From NCBI GenBank assembly GCA_020637055.1, contig JACJWR010000001.1:101237-165236 (forward strand): a stretch of DNA of 64,000 nucleotides. The letters are read 5' to 3'. Under the pieces are notes generated by a model. It was not told the origin of the DNA and made no database searches. It saw nothing but the letters and a program-made list of their open reading frames with translations. Shown one piece after another: positions 17,655 to 27,068 of the stretch (position 1 is the stretch's first letter; the number at the start of each line of letters is the position of its first letter). This DNA is from Actinomycetota bacterium. Lineage in GTDB: Bacteria; Actinomycetota; Actinomycetes; S36-B12; UBA10799. The position numbers and the translations under genes are program-made.

Positions 17655-18446
17655 TCAGGAACAGACGACCGTGTCGATCTGCTCGACGAGGAACGAGGCG
17701 GTTTGATCCGGATAGTCGTACTCGTCGGCGATCTGGGTCGCGAGTCGGGCTTGGGTGGTACCCCGGTCGAGTTCGGCGCACACCGCGTTGGCGAAGGTGT
17801 TGGCCTGCTCATCGCTGAAGTCGGAGTCCGAGACGCCGATGATGGTGCGCAGCATCAGCGGCGTGTCCACGAGGTAATCCACGTTCTCCAGCACCGGCTC
17901 GCCTTGCGGGCACATCACCTCCACGGCCGCGGTGATGACGGCTTCGTCGATGGTCGTGTCGGCAGCAGCTGCCTGGTCGTCCCCGAAGAACGACGCGAGG
18001 TAGTCCTGCAAATCGGACACCAGCAGGTTGCTCAAGACCTCGACGCACGAGACCGCACCGGCGTAGTAGACGTCGGACTCTTTGAACCCACCGAGCGCGG
18101 GGTCGTAGTTGATGGCCGACTGCACCATCTCGCGGCCTTTGGGGGCGTACTCCACCCAGGCGTATTGATAGGCCCGACCGGAATCGACCGGAAAACTGCC
18201 GAGCAGCGGATCGATGTTGCCCGGGTCCTGCACGGGTTTCAGCGGCGGCAGGTAGGGCAACGAACCGGCGGCGACCGCCGAGCCCGAGGCACTCGCCGAC
18301 CCGCTCGGCGAGGCGGTCGGCGAGGTCGGCGCGCTCGCGGACGTCGCACTTGGTGACGCGCTCGGATCGTCGCTGCCACCCAGCGAGAAACTGCACCCGC
18401 CGAGCATCAAGGCGCTCACGGCGGTGAGGGCGAGAACGCGCTTCAT
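17655..18446 (-). CDS. Lipoprotein with Ser/Ala/Pro-rich linker and Cys-containing C-terminal domain
   Basis: MKRVLALTAVSALMLGGC lipobox (start moved to ATG 18446); four further Cys; stop is 3 nt from the start of the metallopeptidase gene. Confidence 0.7.
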   Translation of the reverse strand: MKRVLALTAVSALMLGGCSFSLGGSDDPSASPSATSASAPTSPTASPSGSASASGSAVAAGSLPYLPPLKPVQDPGNIDPLLGSFPVDSGRAYQYAWVEYAPKGREMVQSAINYDPALGGFKESDVYYAGAVSCVEVLSNLLVSDLQDYLASFFGDDQAAAADTTIDEAVITAAVEVMCPQGEPVLENVDYLVDTPLMLRTIIGVSDSDFSDEQANTFANAVCAELDRGTTQARLATQIADEYDYPDQTASFLVEQIDTVVCS

Positions 18447-18472
18447 GTCCACCTCCATCAGTCCGTCGTAAC

Positions 18473-18841
18473 TCAACCTGCGTCTGCGCGGAGCCAGTCC
18501 CACGCGTCGGCCGGGTCGGAGAAGTACTTCACCTCGCGGGCGTAGAACGGCTTGGCCAGCACCGCCAGCGCCTCATCTGGCAGCGAATCCCCCACGATCG
18601 CCATCTTCGTGATCTTGCCGTGGAATTCCTTGCCGAAGGCGAGGTCCGCCCCCCAGGCGCTCGCCTTCTCCCAGCGGAAGTCGCGCATGTCGCAGAGCAA
18701 CTCCACGTGGCCGAACTCGGCCACGATGGACTCCAACTCGGGTGTCAACTCCGCGTAGTCGGACTTCTCCATGATCTTGGGGATGTGGAATCCCACCACA
18801 CTGCCGGAACTCTCGGGAAGTTTCTGCGCCATCGTCGTCAT
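18473..18841 (-). CDS. STAS/SpoIIAA-like (DUF3478-type) protein
   Basis: LPESSGSVVGFHI...GHVELLCDMRDFRWEKASAWGADLAFG...KMAIVGD pattern. Start ATG 18841 has GAGAG upstream; 18832 and 18877 are alternatives. Confidence 0.65.
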   Translation of the reverse strand: MTTMAQKLPESSGSVVGFHIPKIMEKSDYAELTPELESIVAEFGHVELLCDMRDFRWEKASAWGADLAFGKEFHGKITKMAIVGDSLPDEALAVLAKPFYAREVKYFSDPADAWDWLRADAG

Positions 18842-18935
18842 CCCACTCTCACAAACCAAGGTCATCGGCAACGACACGCTAGTGCAGTCGGGGTAGTGGC
18901 CACAACCGCAACGCCCCGAACGACAAACCTCCGCG

Positions 18936-20171
18936 CTAGCCAGCAGGGGTGGGTGCCGGATCTGCCCGCCGAGACTTCGCCCGGGTGGGTGTCTGCTCGG
19001 CGAGCATCACCGCCGAGGCGGCGATCACCGCCAACTGCACCACCAGGGCAGACCGCACGGGCAACGACAAGGAGGACTCCTGCCCGCCGAGCAGACAGAA
19101 GGTCACGAAGATCATCAGCGCCCACTGTCGATCCACGTGGACCGCCCGAACGGCGATCAACGCCATGATGAAGATCAGCCCGGCGAGCGAGAGCAGGCCG
19201 ATCAGTCCGGACTCACCGGTGGCCTGCATCATCATGTTGTGGGCCGTGTCGGGCTTCCATTCCAGGCCGCGGAACGCGAGGTAATCCTGCGTCAGGAACT
19301 CCGGACCGCGACCCACCAGCGGGTTGGCCTCGAACTCATCCTGCGCCAGGCCCCAGGGAATCCCCCGGCCGTTGAAGTCGTAGCCGACGGTCTCGGCGAT
19401 GATCACCGGCACTGTGATCATCAGGCCGGCCGCCGCGGCGATCGCCGGGGAGACCCAGTCCCAGCCCCGCCTGCCCAGCGGCAGCAGCGCGACGATCAGA
19501 CCGAATCCGGCGGCAATCGCGGAGGTCCGGCTCTGCGACCAGAACAACGCGATCGCCCCAGGCAGCACCACCCCGAACGCCAACAGGGCGAAACGCCGGC
19601 CGCTGCGGAAACCATCGGCGTAGTCGGTGATGATCTGCCGCACGCCGAGCACCACTGCCAGACCGGCGAAGATGCCCATGGTGTTGGGATGCGGCATCAC
19701 GCCCCGCAGTTGGTCGAGCCCGAATAGGGCTCGGTCCTGAGCGGGTTCGATGTAGATGCCATAGCTGAAGACGCCCAGTTCGGCCAGTGCGCCGGCAGCC
19801 AACCCGGCCCAACTCACCAACGCCAGCACGGTGATGGCCGACCATCGCACGGTGGGTGGCGGCAACAGCGTGGCAGCCCAGACCGAGACGCCGACGGTGA
19901 TCGCGAAGGCGAGCTGGCCGACGCTGACCGGTTGACCCCGCATCAGGCCCAGCACTCCAGGTACCGCCATTGCGACCATGGCGGCGAATCCCAGCCACAA
20001 CGCCCAGTCGGGCGGCCGATGGCGCAGCAGCACCCACACGCCCACAGCGGTCGATGCGACCGCCACCACCGCGTACCCCCAGCCGGGCAGACCGAGTCGG
20101 CCGAAGCCGAACGCGGCCGCGAGGAAGATCAATCCGAACCAGGCGGATCGAGTCGGCAGGGCAGCGGTCAT
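18936..20171 (-). CDS. O-antigen ligase / Wzy_C family membrane protein
   Basis: Polytopic, with WSQSRTSAIAAGFGLIV and a large loop ...PDTAHNMMMQATGESGLIGLL typical of Wzy_C. Start ATG 20171; the ORF-track 111-aa extension is shadow. Confidence 0.8.
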   Translation of the reverse strand: MTAALPTRSAWFGLIFLAAAFGFGRLGLPGWGYAVVAVASTAVGVWVLLRHRPPDWALWLGFAAMVAMAVPGVLGLMRGQPVSVGQLAFAITVGVSVWAATLLPPPTVRWSAITVLALVSWAGLAAGALAELGVFSYGIYIEPAQDRALFGLDQLRGVMPHPNTMGIFAGLAVVLGVRQIITDYADGFRSGRRFALLAFGVVLPGAIALFWSQSRTSAIAAGFGLIVALLPLGRRGWDWVSPAIAAAAGLMITVPVIIAETVGYDFNGRGIPWGLAQDEFEANPLVGRGPEFLTQDYLAFRGLEWKPDTAHNMMMQATGESGLIGLLSLAGLIFIMALIAVRAVHVDRQWALMIFVTFCLLGGQESSLSLPVRSALVVQLAVIAASAVMLAEQTPTRAKSRRADPAPTPAG

Positions 20172-20194
20172 GGGATCAGTGTAGGCAGCGATCC

Positions 20195-21388
20195 TCACAT
20201 ACCGTGGAGGTCGTCGGCGATGCCCAGATGCGGGTACACCGCACGGCGGGTCGCCTTGATGGCCCGGTCGTAGACATCCGAGGGGTTGATGCGGCCATCC
20301 CAGGGATCCAGGGACGGCACCCGGCCATCGGTCATGCGACCCGGGGCCGGGCGGCCCATGGTCTGGGAGACGAAACCGGCGAACGCCTCGGGAATCGCCG
20401 ACTCGGGCGCGATCGGGGAGCCGGTGGCGATCGCGGTCAAGTGGGTCCAGGCCCGCGGCACGACGTCCACCCACTCGTAGCCGCCTCCCCCGACCGCGAT
20501 CCACCTGCCGTCGGTGAGTTCGTGGGCGAGTTCGTGGACGCGTTCGTAGGAACGCCGCTGACCGTCGATGCTCAGCGCCAGGTGGGCCAGCGGGTCGTCG
20601 GCGTGGGAGTCACAGCCGTGCTGGGAGAAGATGATCTGCGGTTCGAAGGCCTCGAGCACGTCGGGCACGACCGCCTCGAACGCGCGCAGCCACTTGTCGT
20701 CGGCGGTGCCGGCGGGCAAGGCGACGTTGACGGCGCTGCCCTCGGCGCCCCGACCGCCCACCTCGTCCGGGAATCCGGTGCCCGGGAACAGCGTCCGGCC
20801 GGACTCGTGCAACGAGACGGTGAGCACCCTAGGGTCGGACCAGAAGATGTTCTGCACGCCATCACCGTGGTGAACGTCGACGTCGACGTAGGCGATCCGG
20901 GAGAACCCTTGGTCGAGTAGCCAGGCGATGGCCACAGCGATGTCGTTGTAGACGCAGAAACCACTGGCCGCCCCGCGGTGGGAGTGGTGCAGGCCCCCGG
21001 AGATGTTGATGCCGTGGACGTAGCTGCCGGAGGCGACCGCCGCGGCAGCCGCCATGGTGGCACCCGCGACGTGCAGACTGGCGTCGTGCATGCCGGGGAA
21101 CGCCGGCACGTCCTCGGTGCCGAGTCCACGGGAGGGATCGGCACTCCAGAGATCATGCGAGGCCAATTTCACGGCGTCGACGAAGTCGGGTGAATGCACC
21201 CGCAGGATGTCGGCCACGTCGGCCGCCTCGACCGGATCGAGCACGTCCACGTTGGGGGAATCGAGCAGGTGGAAGTCGCGCACCAACCGGTAGGTCAACT
21301 GCTGCCGGACCGGAGCCAGCGGGTGGCCGGGGCCGAAGTCGTAGGCCCGCAGCCGGTCGTCCCAGACGAACGCCGCCCGGCCGGTCAT
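20195..21388 (-). CDS. acuC: Histone deacetylase-family protein (acetoin utilization AcuC-like)
   Basis: GGLHHSHRGAASGFCVYND, YVDVDVHHGDGVQ, class I HDAC-like. Confidence 0.82.
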   Translation of the reverse strand: MTGRAAFVWDDRLRAYDFGPGHPLAPVRQQLTYRLVRDFHLLDSPNVDVLDPVEAADVADILRVHSPDFVDAVKLASHDLWSADPSRGLGTEDVPAFPGMHDASLHVAGATMAAAAAVASGSYVHGINISGGLHHSHRGAASGFCVYNDIAVAIAWLLDQGFSRIAYVDVDVHHGDGVQNIFWSDPRVLTVSLHESGRTLFPGTGFPDEVGGRGAEGSAVNVALPAGTADDKWLRAFEAVVPDVLEAFEPQIIFSQHGCDSHADDPLAHLALSIDGQRRSYERVHELAHELTDGRWIAVGGGGYEWVDVVPRAWTHLTAIATGSPIAPESAIPEAFAGFVSQTMGRPAPGRMTDGRVPSLDPWDGRINPSDVYDRAIKATRRAVYPHLGIADDLHGM

Positions 21389-22257
21389 CGTCCACCCGCG
21401 AGTTCGTTCGAACGGTTGCGAGCGGCCTCCATCGCGCTGATGAAGGCGGCCCGCACCTTGTGGTCGTCCAACTGGCGCACGGCGGCAACGGTGGTGCCCG
21501 CCGGGGAGCTGACGTTCTCCCGCAGCACGGTGGGGTGCTCGCCGGTGTCGCGCAGCATCGCCGCGGCACCCACCAGCGTCTGCACCACGAGGTCGTTGGC
21601 CAACGCCCGCGGCAACCCGAGCAGCACACCCGCCTCGATCATGGCCTCGACCACGTAGAAGATGTACGCCGGACCCGAACCCGAGATGGCGGTGACCGCG
21701 TCGAGGTAGGCCTCGGGGACTTCGACGACCTTGCCCACCGACGACATCAACCGCTCGGCCTGCTCCAGGTGGCCGCCGTCGCAGGAGACTCCGCCGGCGA
21801 TCGCCGACATCCCCTCGTCGACCAGGGCGGGCGTGTTGGGCATCACCCGAACCACCGGGTGTCCGCGGGGGAGTCCCTTCTCGATCGTCTCACAGGTGAT
21901 ACCGGCGGCCAGTGACAGCACCAGCGCACCGGGTCGCAGTTCGGTGGCCACCTCGGCCAGCAGGGTGGCCATGTCCTGCGGCTTCACCACCAGGATCAAC
22001 GTGTCGGCGATCCGGGCGCCTTCCAGATTGGTCAGGACCTCCACGCCGTGCTTCGCCCGGATCGCCGCCGCCCGGTCCGGGCGTCGCTCGGTGATGAAGA
22101 TGTCGCTGCGGCCGATCCCGCTGCGCAGCAACCCCGAGAGCAGCGCCTCACCCATCACCCCGGCCCCGAAGATGCCGATGGTGGGGGCGTCGCCGTCGGC
22201 CCGACGCACAGCCGTGCCGCCCGCTCCCTCGTCAGATCCGGGCTCGTCCTCAGTCAT
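21385..22257 (-). CDS. proC: Pyrroline-5-carboxylate reductase
   Basis: IGIFGAGVMGEALLSGL, VRVMPNTPALV, SSPAGTTVAAV; ATGA overlap with acuC. Confidence 0.92.
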   Translation of the reverse strand: MTEDEPGSDEGAGGTAVRRADGDAPTIGIFGAGVMGEALLSGLLRSGIGRSDIFITERRPDRAAAIRAKHGVEVLTNLEGARIADTLILVVKPQDMATLLAEVATELRPGALVLSLAAGITCETIEKGLPRGHPVVRVMPNTPALVDEGMSAIAGGVSCDGGHLEQAERLMSSVGKVVEVPEAYLDAVTAISGSGPAYIFYVVEAMIEAGVLLGLPRALANDLVVQTLVGAAAMLRDTGEHPTVLRENVSSPAGTTVAAVRQLDDHKVRAAFISAMEAARNRSNELAGGR

Positions 22258-22264
22258 GTTCCGC

Positions 22265-23194
22265 CTATCCTGTGCCGACTAGTGAGCGAAGGAACAGCGC
22301 CAAGTTCGCCGGCTTCTCCGCCATCCGGCGCACCAGGTAGCCGTACCACTCTGCACCGTAGGGGACGTAGACGCGCATCCGCTCACCCTGGGCGGCCAAC
22401 CGTGCCTGCTCGTCCGGCCGGATGCCATAGAGCATCTGGTATTCGTACTCGCCGCGCTTGCGATGCGATCGCACGGCCAGCGCCTCGCCGATGTCGATCA
22501 GTCGGGGGTCGTGCGTGGCCAGCATCGGGTAACCCTCGCCGGCCATCAGGATCCGCATGCAGCGCACATAGCTGCGATCCACTTCCCCACGGCTGGTGAA
22601 CGCCACCGACTCCGGCTCGCGGTACGCGCCTTTGCACAGCCGCACCCGGGAACCTTCGTAGGCCAGATCCCGGCAGTCGGCTTCGGTGCGGTAGAGGTAG
22701 GCCTGCAGCACGGCACCCACCCAGGGGAAGTCCGCCCGCAGGGTCCGCAGCGTCTCCAGGGTCAGATCGGTGGTGGTGTGATCCTCCATGTCGAGCGTGA
22801 CGGTGGTGCCGATCGCGGCTGCCGCTTCGCAGATCACGTGGGCGTTCTCGGTGGCGATCTTGGGGCCGTCCCCGGGCAAGGATTGCCCCACCGCCGACAG
22901 CTTCACCGAGACTTCGGCCGAATCCGCGAGTCCGGCTTCGGCCAATCCGGCGAGCAACTCCAGGTAGGCGTCGCGGATGCCGTCGGCCTGATCGAGCGAG
23001 TAGGTGTCCTCACCGAGGTGGTCGATGGTCGACAGCAGGCCGGCGGCGGCGAGTTCGGCAGCGGTGTCCACTGCGTCGGCCGTGGTGTCGCCGGCCACAT
23101 ACCGGTTGACGACCGAACGCGCCACCGGCGCCTTGGCGGAGAAGGTCTTCAGGCCCTCGCTCTGGGCAGCGAGCAGCAACGCCTGACGGATCAT
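22265..23194 (-). CDS. Proline dehydrogenase (monofunctional)
   Basis: 309 aa; DHLGEDT, LDMEDHTTTD, RLCKGAY, ATHDPRLI, YGYLVRRMAEKPANL motifs of the PRODH TIM barrel. Confidence 0.85.
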   Translation of the reverse strand: MIRQALLLAAQSEGLKTFSAKAPVARSVVNRYVAGDTTADAVDTAAELAAAGLLSTIDHLGEDTYSLDQADGIRDAYLELLAGLAEAGLADSAEVSVKLSAVGQSLPGDGPKIATENAHVICEAAAAIGTTVTLDMEDHTTTDLTLETLRTLRADFPWVGAVLQAYLYRTEADCRDLAYEGSRVRLCKGAYREPESVAFTSRGEVDRSYVRCMRILMAGEGYPMLATHDPRLIDIGEALAVRSHRKRGEYEYQMLYGIRPDEQARLAAQGERMRVYVPYGAEWYGYLVRRMAEKPANLALFLRSLVGTG

Positions 23195-23197
23195 TGG

Positions 23198-23779
23198 TCA
23201 CTCGCTTCCGGGCAGTGGGATGGAAGGATCGAGCCACGCCTGCACGGTGGGTGCGACGATGCGGACGAGGTCGTCCTCCGGCATCGAGGCCAACGGTTCG
23301 AACCGCACGATGTAGCGGTTGACCGTGATACCGATCAGGTAGGCGGAGATCAGCGCCACTCGCATCCGGGCGTCCGGGACCCCGATGGTGCGCGCGAGCC
23401 GATCCACCACCGACTCCTCGAAGAACGCCTGCAGCCCTGCGGCGGCCTTGGTGGTGGAGGCCCCGGCCCGGAACAGCGCGATGAGATCCTCGCGGCTCTC
23501 CGGGTCGCCGAGCGTGTCCAGGGTGGTCCGAGTCAGCCGTTCGCCCATTCCGTCCAGCCCCGGTGCGACGAGTTCCGGCACCGCGGTGGCCGGGTCGAAC
23601 GGCAGCTTCATGGCTGCGGCGAACAGCTTGTCCTTGGAACCCCAGTAGCGCTGCACGACCTCGGGGGCGACGCCGGCGGCGGCCGCCACACCCTTCATGG
23701 TGGTCTTCACGTAGCCCTTGCTGTGGAAGGCAGCGCGCGCCGAGTCGAGTACGGCATCGCGGACATCGTCGGTTCCCAT
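23198..23779 (-). CDS. TetR family transcriptional regulator
   Basis: N-terminal HTH AFHSKGYVKTTMKGVAAAAGVAPEVVQRYWGSKDKLF; 3 nt upstream of the PRODH gene. Confidence 0.88.
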   Translation of the reverse strand: MGTDDVRDAVLDSARAAFHSKGYVKTTMKGVAAAAGVAPEVVQRYWGSKDKLFAAAMKLPFDPATAVPELVAPGLDGMGERLTRTTLDTLGDPESREDLIALFRAGASTTKAAAGLQAFFEESVVDRLARTIGVPDARMRVALISAYLIGITVNRYIVRFEPLASMPEDDLVRIVAPTVQAWLDPSIPLPGSE

Positions 23780-23785
23780 GGGCCC

Positions 23786-23791
23786 ACCCTA
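23786..23791 (-). promoter_or_regulatory. -10-like TAGGGT 6 nt upstream of tetR ATG (leaderless candidate)
   Basis: Minus strand reads ggccTAGGGTgggcccATG. Confidence 0.4.
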
Positions 23792-23813
23792 GGCCTCGGA
23801 ACCGGACTTTGCG

Positions 23814-23841
23814 CCCCGCTTGCGCAAGACGCCGAGCGGGG
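23814..23841 (-). terminator. Stem-loop after the sugar-phosphate isomerase gene
   Basis: CCCCGCT (23814-23820) pairs with AGCGGGG (23835-23841), 14-nt loop containing palindrome TTGCGCAA; 3 nt from stop 23845-23847; no U-tract. Confidence 0.4.
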
Positions 23842-23844
23842 TCC

Positions 23845-24654
23845 TCAGCCCGCCACCAGGTGGAGTCGGGCGAAGGCCAGCGCCTCCGCCAGATCGGCCT
23901 CCCGGGTGGCGCGGTTCGCAGCCTTCCGGGTCGTGACCTCCACCACCACCGAGCCGTCGAATCCGCGTTGGGCGAGCTGCTCCAGCAACGCCCCGGCGGG
24001 TTGGTTGCCGCGGCCCGGGATGAGGTGCTCGTCGCGCGCCGCGCCGGTGCCGTCGGCGAGGTGGATGTGCACCAGTGAGTCGCCGAGATCCTCCGCCATC
24101 TGCAGGGCGTCGCTGCCGCTCACCGCGGTGTGCGACAGATCCAGGGTGGTGTGCGGGTAGTCCTCGTCGCGTACGTCCCAACCGGGGGAATAGGCGGCGA
24201 GTTCGCGGGACCGTGCCCGCCAGGGGTACATGTTCTCCACCGCGAACCGGACGTCGGTCTCGTCGCCCATCCGGGCCAGGCCACGCACGAAATCCTTGGC
24301 GTAGTCCCGTTGCCACCGGAACGGCGGGTGCACCACCACGGTATCGGCGTCGAGTGCCTCGGCGGCCTCCTTGGCCCGCACCAACTTCCCCCAGGGTTCG
24401 GTTCCCCACACCCGCTGGGTGACCAGCAGGCAGGGGGCGTGCACCGCCAGCACCGGAATCTCGTAGGTGTCCACCAGACGCTTGATCGCGTCCATGTCCT
24501 GGCTCACCGCGTCGGTCATGACCATCACTTCGAGACCGTCGTAGCCGAGCCGGCTGGCCATCTCGAACGCCGCCGCCGGGCTCTCGGGGTACACCGACAC
24601 CGTCGACAGCGCGACCTTGGCCGCGGCTGGCCGGGGCAGTGATGGCGTGCTCAC
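23845..24654 (-). CDS. Sugar phosphate isomerase/epimerase (xylose isomerase-like TIM barrel; Rv0498-like)
   Basis: [45 protein letters not shown] motifs; GTGA overlap with the upstream ATPase gene. Confidence 0.82.
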   Translation of the reverse strand: MSTPSLPRPAAAKVALSTVSVYPESPAAAFEMASRLGYDGLEVMVMTDAVSQDMDAIKRLVDTYEIPVLAVHAPCLLVTQRVWGTEPWGKLVRAKEAAEALDADTVVVHPPFRWQRDYAKDFVRGLARMGDETDVRFAVENMYPWRARSRELAAYSPGWDVRDEDYPHTTLDLSHTAVSGSDALQMAEDLGDSLVHIHLADGTGAARDEHLIPGRGNQPAGALLEQLAQRGFDGSVVVEVTTRKAANRATREADLAEALAFARLHLVAG

Positions 24655-27068
24655 CTACGAGCCTCCCGATGATCTGTTGCCTCCACCCTAGGCACCGACG
24701 TCTCGGTGGCCGCAAGGCGTCTAGTCGTCATCCGGTTGATCAGCACGAACGCGACTGCGCCGAGGGCCCCCAAGATCACCGCGATGCTGGTCTTGGCATC
24801 GTCGTCGATCCGCAGGGCGAAGAATTCGGACAGCCACGGGATGTAGAGAAACCCGAGGAAGCCGACGCCCATCGCGATCACCAGGACGAGGCGGATGCCG
24901 ATCAACGGTCGGGCGACCATGGCCAGCACCGTCATCGAGATGATGAACAGGGTGATGGCGGCCGAGGTCCTCGCCTCCTCCAACGCGAGGCCGCGTTTGA
25001 GGGCGAGGAAGTAGGACGTGAACGAGGCGATGCCGCAGATCAGACCGGCGGGCACCGCGAACAGCAGGACTCGGTTGAAGAACCCCGGTCGGAAGCGTTG
25101 GGAGTTGGGCAGCAACGCCAGCAGCGTGGCCGGGATCCCGATGGTCAGCCAGGTGATGACGGTGAGGTGGCGCGGCAGGAAGACGAATTCGACCCGGAAG
25201 ATGTTGGTCAGGGTGAAGAACACCACCAGGAAACTCAGCACGGCGGAGTAGAAACTCTTGGTGAGGAACAGCGAACTCACCCGCTCGATGTTCCCCAACA
25301 CCCGTCGACCTTCGGCCACCACCGAGGGCATCACGGCGAACGAGTTGGTGAGCAGCACGATCTGGGCAACCGCCCTCGTCGCCGCAGCGCCGGAACCCAT
25401 GGCGATGCCGAGGTCGGAGTCCTTCAGGGCAAGCACGTCGTTGACCCCGTCGCCGGTCATCGCCACCGTGTGGCCGCGGGACTGCAACGCCGACACCATC
25501 GCGCGCTTCTGCGCCGGCGTCACCCGGCCGAAGACACCGTGGGACTCGAGCACCTCGGCCATGGCATCCGTGTCGGTCGGCAGTTCCCGGGCGTCGAAAG
25601 GATCGTCGGCCAGTGGGATGCCGGCCTGCGCGGCGATGGCTCCCACGGTCACCGGGTTGTCGCCGCTGATCACCTTGACCTGAACACCCTGGTCGAGGAA
25701 GTAGGCGACCGTCTCGGCGGCATCCGGCCGCAGCCGCTGATCGATGCTCACCAGGGCCACCGGCCGCAGCACCGGCAGCGATTCATCGGCGCCGGGCAAC
25801 GACTCCGCCTGGGCGAGCAGCAACACCCTGGCACCCCCGGCGGCCAGCCGTTCGGCCTCGGCGGCCACCCCGGGCGCCGCCGCGGGCGCGGCGGTCAACA
25901 GGATCTCCGGGGCACCCATCACCCAGCAACCGTGGTCGGCGAACTGCGCGGCCGACCACTTGCGGGCACTAGAGAACGGCACCGAATCGACCATGCGCCA
26001 GCCCGGATCAGGGTGGTGGGCCGCCACAGCCGCGAGTGTCGGATTGGGGTTGGCCTCCGAAGCCCCCATGGCCCCGAGCACCGCATCGATCGGCGCCGTG
26101 TCGTCGAGCGTCACGGTCTGACGCACCGCCATGCCCGGTTCGGTGAGCGTGCCGGTCTTGTCCACACACACCACGTCCACCCGGGCCAGCACCTCGACCG
26201 CGGGCATCTCCTGCACCAGGGTGCCCTTCGCGCCCAGCCGCACGACCGCAACCGCCATCGCCACACTGGTGAGCAACACCAGACCTTCGGGCACCATCGT
26301 CACCACACCCGCCACGGTGCCGGACAGTGCCTCCTGCCAGTCCGGGCTGGCGATCATCTGGGAGATGAACAGCAGCGTGCCGAGCGGGATGAGCACGTAG
26401 GTCATGATCCGGACGAACCGCATGATCGACGACATCAGTTCGCTGCGGGTGACGGTGAACTTGCGAGCCTCCGAAGCCAACTGGGTGGCGTAGGCGTCCT
26501 CCCCTACCGCAGTGGCCCGCATGAGACCCGAACCGGCGACCACGAACGATCCGCTCATCACCTCGTCGCCGGCATGTTTGGCGACCGGATCGGCCTCGCC
26601 GGTGAGCAGTGACTCGTCGGCCTCCAGCCCGATGGCCGAGAGCATCGTTCCGTCCACCACGATCTGGTCGCCGACGCCGAGTTCGATGACGTCGTCCAGC
26701 ACGATCTCACTGGGCCGGATGGCGACCGACTCACCGTCTCGGCGCACCACCGGTTTGGCCTCTCCGACCAGCGACAACTTCTCCAGCGTGCGCTTGGCCC
26801 GCCACTCCTGGATGATCCCGATGGCCGAGTTGACGATGATGACGATGCCGAACAACGAATCCTGGATCGGTGCCTGAGCGACGATCATCAGGATCCACAG
26901 CGACCCGATCACCAGGTTGAACGAGGTCAGGGTGTTCTCGCGGAAGATGCTGCCCAGGCTGCGGGACCTGGGATCGGGCGCCTCGTTCACCTTGCCGGCG
27001 GCGACCCGCTCGGCCACCTCGGCGGTGGTCAACCCGGTCGGTACCGGCCGGGCTGTGTCCGTGGTCAT
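24651..27068 (-). CDS. Cation-translocating P-type ATPase (HAD-IC, CtpE-like)
   Basis: CVDKTGTLT phosphorylation site, [28 protein letters not shown], about 10 TM. Start ATG 27068 (MTTDTARP...) overlaps the ppx stop by 1 nt. Confidence 0.9.
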   Translation of the reverse strand: MTTDTARPVPTGLTTAEVAERVAAGKVNEAPDPRSRSLGSIFRENTLTSFNLVIGSLWILMIVAQAPIQDSLFGIVIIVNSAIGIIQEWRAKRTLEKLSLVGEAKPVVRRDGESVAIRPSEIVLDDVIELGVGDQIVVDGTMLSAIGLEADESLLTGEADPVAKHAGDEVMSGSFVVAGSGLMRATAVGEDAYATQLASEARKFTVTRSELMSSIMRFVRIMTYVLIPLGTLLFISQMIASPDWQEALSGTVAGVVTMVPEGLVLLTSVAMAVAVVRLGAKGTLVQEMPAVEVLARVDVVCVDKTGTLTEPGMAVRQTVTLDDTAPIDAVLGAMGASEANPNPTLAAVAAHHPDPGWRMVDSVPFSSARKWSAAQFADHGCWVMGAPEILLTAAPAAAPGVAAEAERLAAGGARVLLLAQAESLPGADESLPVLRPVALVSIDQRLRPDAAETVAYFLDQGVQVKVISGDNPVTVGAIAAQAGIPLADDPFDARELPTDTDAMAEVLESHGVFGRVTPAQKRAMVSALQSRGHTVAMTGDGVNDVLALKDSDLGIAMGSGAAATRAVAQIVLLTNSFAVMPSVVAEGRRVLGNIERVSSLFLTKSFYSAVLSFLVVFFTLTNIFRVEFVFLPRHLTVITWLTIGIPATLLALLPNSQRFRPGFFNRVLLFAVPAGLICGIASFTSYFLALKRGLALEEARTSAAITLFIISMTVLAMVARPLIGIRLVLVIAMGVGFLGFLYIPWLSEFFALRIDDDAKTSIAVILGALGAVAFVLINRMTTRRLAATETSVPRVEATDHREARR

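Noticed and set aside
22463-26612. ORFs 22463..24160 (+) and 24639..26612 (+)
   Set aside because: They are antisense shadows of the PRODH, tetR, isomerase and P-type ATPase genes, with no recognisable motifs.
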